This document shows positions 25,820 to 32,982 of a DNA stretch of 64,000 bases, piece after piece. Within the stretch, counting starts at the first letter, position 1. Each line of letters opens with the position of its first letter. The position numbers and the translations under genes were made by a program. A model generated the notes under the pieces. The model searched no databases. It worked only from the letters and a program-made list of their open reading frames with translations, and had not been told where the DNA came from. Source of the stretch: a virus (taxonomy: Duplodnaviria; Caudoviricetes); the IMG/VR virus record IMGVR_UViG_3300006846_000010, positions 1 through 64,000 of that record, one strand, 5' to 3'.

Positions 25820-28800
25820 ATGAGCGCGCAAGACGATGAGGAGCTCGCGTCGCTGGTGGCCGCCGCTAAGTGGACGCCGAGCGCGCACCCGCGGGGCAAG
25901 GACGGTAAGTTCATTAAGAAGGGCGCGCTCCAGGAGCTGCTGTCCGCGAAGACCGTCTCCGTCACACAGGTGCTCAACGCCGCGGACGACCTCACGGCGG
26001 ATGACTGGCAGAAGCTGACGTCAGCCCAGCAGGACTACGTACAGACGACGCTGAGTAAGCTGCCCGCTACCTCGAACGCCGGTCAGAAGGCCGCCGCGAA
26101 GCTGGCCGAGGTGAAGGCCGCATCCGAGAAGAGTACCGCACAGAAGTCACAGGTTTCCGCCGGTCATAAGGGCAAGCCCGGCGATCCGGCGAAGGTCACC
26201 ACCTCGCTGATCTGGGGTAAGCACGAGCCGGGAACGGTTATCCTCGAGTCGCCTGATGGTACCCAGCGGGTCACGTGGACCGGTAAGAAGTATGTCATTC
26301 AGGATAAGATCACCGATACCGGTGAGTGGGTTAGCGGCACCGAGTGGACTAAGAAGGACACCTATGACATTCTTAAGAACGATGCACAGTGGGTGATCCC
26401 GGCCGGTAGTGGCGATCAAGGTACTGACACGCCTACACCACAGCCGACGCCGGAGCTCGACGTAGGATCTAACAACCCGGATGATCTCTGGGCTAAGGGT
26501 CTTATGACGACCGAGGAGTATGAGGCTACTACCGGTCAGATGCCTCCGTACGAGACGCTGGGTGTGCAGCCTTCCTCAGATATGACGAAGAAGGCTCCTG
26601 AGCTGCCTCACCTACTAACCGGGCAGCAGACGCTCGCCGACGTTAAGAAGTACGTCAACGTGCAGCATCCGCCGGGAACGGCGATCGCGTACTCACCAAA
26701 TGGCTCGGAGCGGATCGTCGATGGCGTCGACGGATATGAGCTTGAGAGCTGGCTTCCCGTGGCCGGGGAGTGGACGCACGAAGGTTTTGAGACGAATGCT
26801 GCGGTTACTGAAAAGATTTGGAGCGAGTGGCCCGTTCCCGCGAACCTGTGGCAGGCGTCGCACGCCGCAGAGCAACTCGAGGCAGATGAGCTGCTCGAGG
26901 GCCTTGATGACCTAGGTACCGACTCGTTTACCCAGCAGGAGAAGGACGCGTATAACACGTACGAGGACGCCGGCGGGTCAGCCGGGACTCTCGAGGAGTC
27001 GTGGCAAGCCGTCCAGGACGGCAAGGCGCTGCTGCCGAAAGGTACGACGGACGCGGAGGCCGTCGCCCTCTTCGATAAGATGGGTGCGGTGAAGTACGGC
27101 GGCTCGCCCGGGTATCTGCAGAAACTCTACGAGGACCTGATCGGCGTTAGTGATGAGCTTGACCTAGGCGGCTACGAAACCGATGACTCGTTTGCCGACG
27201 GTTTCATCGTAGGAAACTCGACGAACATCTCGCTGAAGAAGGCGCACGACTTCGTCGTTAAGACGAAGCACCCCGGGGGCACCGTCATCGCGAGGTCGGC
27301 CAACGGTAAGCTGCGCATCGTACGCAAGGGCAGTGGCTATGAGAGGCAGCTACTCGAAGCCAACGGCGTGTGGGAGCCCGTAGGTGACGTATCAAACGTA
27401 TCGGTGATTCATCGGATTCGCGGCGGCGTGGGCTCATCACAGGAGTGGCACGTTCCAAAGAAGCTGTGGGAGCAGACCGTCGGCGACCAGACGGCTCCGT
27501 CGGTATCACCAACGTCACCGGTGCCGAACACACCTACTGCGACGCCGAACTTCACCAATGAGCAGGTCATCTCGAACTGGCCGGGTGTGGCCGGTAAGAA
27601 GTACGCCGTTGGTGAAGATGTGGCGTTTTCGACCGACGGCTCGTACAAGGTGGTCTATGACGCGGACGGTGACTTCACCGTCGTGGGGGTGCACACCGGA
27701 ACCGTCATCTCTAGCTTCGGAGTCGGCGAGGTTAAGTCCGGTACGCTCGAGTATGTGTTCAACACCGAGTGGTACGTGCCGGCACCGAAGTCACCGTCAC
27801 CGCAGCTTCCCGGCGCCGGGGATCCGGTAACCGCGCAGGCCGTCTTCGACGTTGCCGGCGTGGGCAACGTCCCGGACGGTACGGTGCTCGCCGTCGGCAG
27901 CGACGGCATGGGTGGCGAGTATAAGATGCTGGCCGCCACGTCATTCACGGGTAAGCCGTCCGTCGAGCTGCTGGTCAAGCAGGCGGCGCCGAGCACGATG
28001 TTCCAAAGTGCCGGGACGTACAAGTCGCACGCCGACTACAACATAGACATGGGCATCGTCGGCGTTAAGTGGTATAAGTATGATGATACGTCTCAGCCCT
28101 TTGCGCCGGGTGCGAAGACCGTAGGCGCCCCCGAACTCACGTCTCCGGCCGAACCCGAGCCGTTCGAGGTCACCGCCGCCGATAAGCTGGGTTTCAAGGC
28201 GGCTATGAAGACGGCGAACGTCGGCTACTGGTCGAAGCCCGATAAGATCTGGGACGCGGTCACCGCGATTCAGAAGCAAAACGTTCGTGATGACGACCCG
28301 GGTCACTCGAAGTTTTCGCCGTTACAGATCTTACAGGCGCTGGACGAGCAACTTAAGACGGCCGACCCGAACCCGTACCAGAAGAAGATCCAGAAGTGGT
28401 CTAAGACGGCGGTCGGCCAGGCATACATCTCGGGTAAGAAGAAATCGGCAGATACGACGTCGTTTGCCGACTCGTCAATCGTGCCTAACTTGTGGACACA
28501 AGCTCAGAGTGCGCCGAATGACACCGTTGTTATGACGGGTAAGTCACAGGCCGGCAACGACTACCGAATGGTTGCGGACTACCCATACATTCACGTTCAG
28601 ATCTTTGATGCGAACGCAGGTATGTGGTCCACTCTTACGTCGGCGTACTTTGATAGTCCAGCCGACCTAGTCGCCGTACTTGATGATCCAGATGTGAAGT
28701 GGCAGTTAGTTGCACCAAACGTGTCGGTACCGGCGCCGACACCTGCAACCGTGGGACCTGACACATCCGCCGTTGAGCAGCCAGTAGCCGCTAAGGTTTG

Positions 28801-30418
28801 GGATGACGTACTGAAGTTGCCCACCGGAATCATCATCGCAAAAGGCACTTCTAGCACGGGACTCACGTATCAGATCAAGGTTGCGACATCCGGTGCCGGC
28901 AATAAGATGGCTATGGTGTTCATGCACAGCAAGAACACCAACACGTGGGAACACGTCTCATCATTGTTTAGTGAGTCTGATGTAGCCGATATGTTAAACG
29001 CTCCTGGGATAACCTGGCAGGCGTGGACGCCTACGGAGGCACCGGAGGTCGTGCCTGCGATATCTCAGGGGTTGGCAGGATATCCCACGTCCGACGCCAA
29101 CGTAAACGTGCCGTACACGCTTAAGAACAACCCGAAGATCTCGAACGATGAGATCTTCGAGAAGCTGAAGAGCGCCGCGCCGGGTCAGGTGCTCGCGTAC
29201 GCCCGTGGGCAATACGGAAACACCAAGTATCGCTTGGTAGTGAGTCAGACGGACGACGGAGTGCCGGCCGTCGCGCGTGAGGTGTGGTTTCCACAGACCG
29301 GCTGGTCGTCGAACAAGTATGCGAAATACACAACGTCCGCGTCACTGCATGACAGTACGAAGTTTACCGTCCCGGACGGCAAGTGGGTCACCGCCGAGAA
29401 CGCGAAGATCATCACGGCGAAGAAGGTCACGGCGAAGAAGGCCACTCCGGCGGCCGCGCCGGCGCCGACACCGCTCGACGGTCAGCTAAACATGGGTGGC
29501 AGCAACACGTCGCACATCGCCGAGACGCAGAAACAGTCGCTCTACACCAAGTTCAAGCACCAGCCTGCAACGTACCTCGACTCGCCGCCCAGCGACATCT
29601 ACGCCGCGCTTAAGACCATCGCGGACGACGAGGGCCTGAGCCTACTCCAGATGTTGCGCGTCGTCGATGAGGTGGGCGCGAAGAAGGTTAACCTCGAGGA
29701 TAAGCACCTCTTCGAGGCGAAGATCAAGAGCTGGCTGCAGACGCCGCAGGGCGCGGCGATGGCCAGCGGCAAGCCGATCCCGCTGCCCGACACACCGACG
29801 TACCACCCGGGAGTCGGTCCTCAGAACTTGCCGTCGTTCGAGGCGTCCAGCGGGTTGAAGTACGATGTCGTACCGTCCTCGCAGGCCACGAGCGTCTGGC
29901 AGAAGATCATCGCCAAGCACGGAGACGAGTGGACAGCATCACAGAAGGCCGGTCTACGCGTGTACACCGGCGGTTCGTACTTCTCCATGAACGCGTACCT
30001 GTACGGCAAGCTCGACAGCGTCTCCGCGGCGCACATGAAGAACATCAAGCAGGCACAACTGGGCATGCGGCCGTCCGACCGGCCGATGTTGCTTCACCGG
30101 GGCGTCGGGTGGAACGGTGTCGGGGACGGTAAGAATCACGACGATCTGGTGAAGAAGATCGGCACGACGTGGAAGAGCGGAGGCTTCTTCTCGACCAGCG
30201 TCGGCGGCCACGCGGCGTTCGGCGGTCCGGTGCTCATCGAGGTGGAGGCGCCGCCGGGCACGCCGATGGCGTGGGTCGACCCGATCTCGCTCAACAAGGG
30301 TGAGAACGAGATGTTGCTCGCCGCCGGACTGCACTACAAGATAATCTCCGTCAAGAAGGTCGGCAGTACGAGTGTGGTCCGCGTCCGGGTGGTTCCGCCC
30401 CCGAAGGAGGAGTCGTGA
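25820..30418 (+). CDS. large polyvalent head-associated protein with C-terminal R-S-E ADP-ribosyltransferase (VIP2-like)
   Basis: YTGGSYFSMNAYL, LHRG, FFSTS, ENE; internal repeats; leaderless TATAAT(25807)-7 nt-ATG 25820. Confidence 0.85.
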   Translation: MSAQDDEELASLVAAAKWTPSAHPRGKDGKFIKKGALQELLSAKTVSVTQVLNAADDLTADDWQKLTSAQQDYVQTTLSKLPATSNAGQKAAAKLAEVKAASEKSTAQKSQVSAGHKGKPGDPAKVTTSLIWGKHEPGTVILESPDGTQRVTWTGKKYVIQDKITDTGEWVSGTEWTKKDTYDILKNDAQWVIPAGSGDQGTDTPTPQPTPELDVGSNNPDDLWAKGLMTTEEYEATTGQMPPYETLGVQPSSDMTKKAPELPHLLTGQQTLADVKKYVNVQHPPGTAIAYSPNGSERIVDGVDGYELESWLPVAGEWTHEGFETNAAVTEKIWSEWPVPANLWQASHAAEQLEADELLEGLDDLGTDSFTQQEKDAYNTYEDAGGSAGTLEESWQAVQDGKALLPKGTTDAEAVALFDKMGAVKYGGSPGYLQKLYEDLIGVSDELDLGGYETDDSFADGFIVGNSTNISLKKAHDFVVKTKHPGGTVIARSANGKLRIVRKGSGYERQLLEANGVWEPVGDVSNVSVIHRIRGGVGSSQEWHVPKKLWEQTVGDQTAPSVSPTSPVPNTPTATPNFTNEQVISNWPGVAGKKYAVGEDVAFSTDGSYKVVYDADGDFTVVGVHTGTVISSFGVGEVKSGTLEYVFNTEWYVPAPKSPSPQLPGAGDPVTAQAVFDVAGVGNVPDGTVLAVGSDGMGGEYKMLAATSFTGKPSVELLVKQAAPSTMFQSAGTYKSHADYNIDMGIVGVKWYKYDDTSQPFAPGAKTVGAPELTSPAEPEPFEVTAADKLGFKAAMKTANVGYWSKPDKIWDAVTAIQKQNVRDDDPGHSKFSPLQILQALDEQLKTADPNPYQKKIQKWSKTAVGQAYISGKKKSADTTSFADSSIVPNLWTQAQSAPNDTVVMTGKSQAGNDYRMVADYPYIHVQIFDANAGMWSTLTSAYFDSPADLVAVLDDPDVKWQLVAPNVSVPAPTPATVGPDTSAVEQPVAAKVWDDVLKLPTGIIIAKGTSSTGLTYQIKVATSGAGNKMAMVFMHSKNTNTWEHVSSLFSESDVADMLNAPGITWQAWTPTEAPEVVPAISQGLAGYPTSDANVNVPYTLKNNPKISNDEIFEKLKSAAPGQVLAYARGQYGNTKYRLVVSQTDDGVPAVAREVWFPQTGWSSNKYAKYTTSASLHDSTKFTVPDGKWVTAENAKIITAKKVTAKKATPAAAPAPTPLDGQLNMGGSNTSHIAETQKQSLYTKFKHQPATYLDSPPSDIYAALKTIADDEGLSLLQMLRVVDEVGAKKVNLEDKHLFEAKIKSWLQTPQGAAMASGKPIPLPDTPTYHPGVGPQNLPSFEASSGLKYDVVPSSQATSVWQKIIAKHGDEWTASQKAGLRVYTGGSYFSMNAYLYGKLDSVSAAHMKNIKQAQLGMRPSDRPMLLHRGVGWNGVGDGKNHDDLVKKIGTTWKSGGFFSTSVGGHAAFGGPVLIEVEAPPGTPMAWVDPISLNKGENEMLLAAGLHYKIISVKKVGSTSVVRVRVVPPPKEES

Positions 30419-32982
30419 GCGGCCTACACGCCCCGCTGGGCGGGATGCTGGACGTGATGGTGGAGGCTCAGCGGGGGCTGACGGAGGCGGAGGCCATCGC
30501 GTTTCTGGCGACGGGACAGCTGCCCGACCTATCACGTGATCCTGAAGACGAGGGAGTGGACGTCGACCTGGGACCGGTGCTGCTGGACGACTACGAGGCG
30601 GTGGCGCTGCTGGGGAAGCTGGCGCTGACGGCGGCCGGCGGTTTTTTATCGTCAAGTACGTTGCATCACACGCTGTCTCGTAGTGTTACGATGCGCTTTG
30701 ATCCGTCACAGCCGCGTGATGAAGACGGTAAGTGGACCGACGGCGGGATCGGCAGCCCGGCGAAGCTTCCCGGCCTCGCGTCATCCGGAGTGCGGCTGAC
30801 CCCGGCGAAGATCTATAAGAAGCACGCAGACGGCGCGGTGGTCGCCGTGGCGTCCGGCGGCGACAAGCGGATGCGCTGGGCCGCCGATCGCAAGCGCTTC
30901 GTCATCGAAAAGCTGGCGGCTGATGGCGGCTGGCAGGAGACCGCCGCGCTGACGAAGACCGCGGCGTACGCGGACGCCAAGAAGCCGGGCCGCTGGGATG
31001 AACCAGACGCCGCGACACCGACGGCTGTAGAAGGTACAGATACGGACAAAATTGTACCAACAGAATCACTTCAGACGCCCGAACCTGAACCGGCCGTGGT
31101 CGAACCAACGGCGAAAACCACATCGCCCGTGGTCACTCAGCTGCAGTTTGATGTGACCAACGAGAACATTGATCCCACGCTGGTGGATGACGTCATCGCC
31201 GGGATCGGCCACGACTTTCCGACGGTCACCGAGGGTACACGTGCGATGATCGTAAAGCAGCTCGCCGAGGGCGGACCGAAACGGCTGGGGGAGTACTTTC
31301 CCGGCGCCAACAGTTTCCAACTGAACCAGAGCTTGTGGAACGCCGACGGAACGCCTAAGCCACCCGAGCAGACGCGCGGTAAGTGGTGGTCGCACAACGA
31401 CGCCGAGACCGCGGTGGAGCACTTCGTCACGCATGAGCTGGGTCACCGCGTCGACAAGCTGCTAAAGATCGAGCAGCGCAACGAGATCTTCGCGCGGCTG
31501 TCGAAGTTGTGGAAGGTGTCGCCGCCGACCAACCTGAACACGTGGGTAGAGACCAACCGCGCGCTGATCCAGAAGCACGTGGGGCGGTACGCCTCGGAGA
31601 ACTACAGCGAGCTTCTGGCAGAGTTGTGGGCTGAGTATCGTCTCGCTAAGAAGCCGCGACCGGCAGCCGTTGCGTTCGGAGACGTCGTCACACCGATTCT
31701 CGGCGATGTGAATAAAAACGGGCTGGAGCTTACGACGACGGCAAAAATCGTCACATCTGTGCCTAACACGTCTGGTGCGCACAATGATCTGTACGCAGGT
31801 CCTCGTTTCGAGATGCCCGAGGACATCAATCACGTGTTCGTGGACGAGTACATGGACCTCACGAAGCGAGATCACCTAGCGGCCATCGCCGGCGGAAAGA
31901 AGCTAACCGCGACTGAGAGTGCGCGTCAGTATGAGTTGCGAGATGCGCTTTACGGTCTCCTACCTGCCGTGCGAAGTCGTATAGACCAGGAGGCACAGGT
32001 CACTGCTGCTCTCGAGAAGTGGCAGCGCGATAATGACTTACCGGTTGACTCGTCAGCTAAGTATAAGCGGACGCTCGCCAGGCAGGTACATGAAGCGTTT
32101 TCAGGTAAGCGGATCGGCGTCCGGGTGACGCCGAAAAACCTGGAAAACATACTCGATGACGGGCGCTTCAAGTCGCAGTTTGAGTCGGGTAAGTCGAAGG
32201 GCAACAATGACGCGATGTTGCGGGCGAACGTTGAGGCGTCGTGGTTTGGTATCGGCCAGGATCAACCGGTGCAGAACGCGATCCTCACTGAACCCGAGAA
32301 GAGACCCATCTACGGCTACGTAATGGTCGACGGCGTCCGACCGGTGGGCATCGGTTCAGGTGACTTGTTCGGACCTAGCACAGATGCGCTGTCGCAGTAC
32401 GGTCAGATCCAGGTAGTTCTCCGAGATCATGTGCGTGATCGAACCACGGCTATGTTCGGCGACTCGCTCAACAATCGACACCAGGGTATTCCATCACCGG
32501 TAAATCAACCTACGTGGCAGTCATTTACACCGGCGTGGAAGTCTATGGTGACGCAAGGTCTGGCCGGTCCGGTGCGTGACACAGACTCACCGCAGTTTCG
32601 TCACGGTAACTACGCCGAAGCTCAGGTACACGGCGGGGTTAGCCTGGCCGACATCGCGGAGGTCGTCCTGCCGAGCAACCCGCCGCCCGCACTTCGTAAG
32701 AAGTTGGATGACGCCGGTGTCTCCTGGCGAGTTCTTACGTTTAAGACCGCGGCGACCAACTCATCCGCGGAGGAACGTTCGATCGCACTGCGAATCGCAC
32801 GTGAGGACCGGCAGGTTATAAGTGACGAGTTGGACCACTTACGTGAAAAACTGGCTGACTACCAGAGCCGCGGTGACACATATACCGCTGATCAGACGAG
32901 TGCAGACATCAAGAAGCTGACGCGGCAGCTTACGCTGATTACCGATGCGATTCCCGCGCTGGAGAAGGCGGTAGCACAGTGA
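30415..32982 (+). CDS. polyvalent protein: zincin metallopeptidase plus DUF3626-like domain
   Basis: THELGH(31432)...YASENYSELLAE; ILDDGRFKSQFESG, RPIYG, QYG, YAEAQVHGGV; AGGAGGAG RBS. Confidence 0.75.
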   Translation: MSGLHAPLGGMLDVMVEAQRGLTEAEAIAFLATGQLPDLSRDPEDEGVDVDLGPVLLDDYEAVALLGKLALTAAGGFLSSSTLHHTLSRSVTMRFDPSQPRDEDGKWTDGGIGSPAKLPGLASSGVRLTPAKIYKKHADGAVVAVASGGDKRMRWAADRKRFVIEKLAADGGWQETAALTKTAAYADAKKPGRWDEPDAATPTAVEGTDTDKIVPTESLQTPEPEPAVVEPTAKTTSPVVTQLQFDVTNENIDPTLVDDVIAGIGHDFPTVTEGTRAMIVKQLAEGGPKRLGEYFPGANSFQLNQSLWNADGTPKPPEQTRGKWWSHNDAETAVEHFVTHELGHRVDKLLKIEQRNEIFARLSKLWKVSPPTNLNTWVETNRALIQKHVGRYASENYSELLAELWAEYRLAKKPRPAAVAFGDVVTPILGDVNKNGLELTTTAKIVTSVPNTSGAHNDLYAGPRFEMPEDINHVFVDEYMDLTKRDHLAAIAGGKKLTATESARQYELRDALYGLLPAVRSRIDQEAQVTAALEKWQRDNDLPVDSSAKYKRTLARQVHEAFSGKRIGVRVTPKNLENILDDGRFKSQFESGKSKGNNDAMLRANVEASWFGIGQDQPVQNAILTEPEKRPIYGYVMVDGVRPVGIGSGDLFGPSTDALSQYGQIQVVLRDHVRDRTTAMFGDSLNNRHQGIPSPVNQPTWQSFTPAWKSMVTQGLAGPVRDTDSPQFRHGNYAEAQVHGGVSLADIAEVVLPSNPPPALRKKLDDAGVSWRVLTFKTAATNSSAEERSIALRIAREDRQVISDELDHLREKLADYQSRGDTYTADQTSADIKKLTRQLTLITDAIPALEKAVAQ

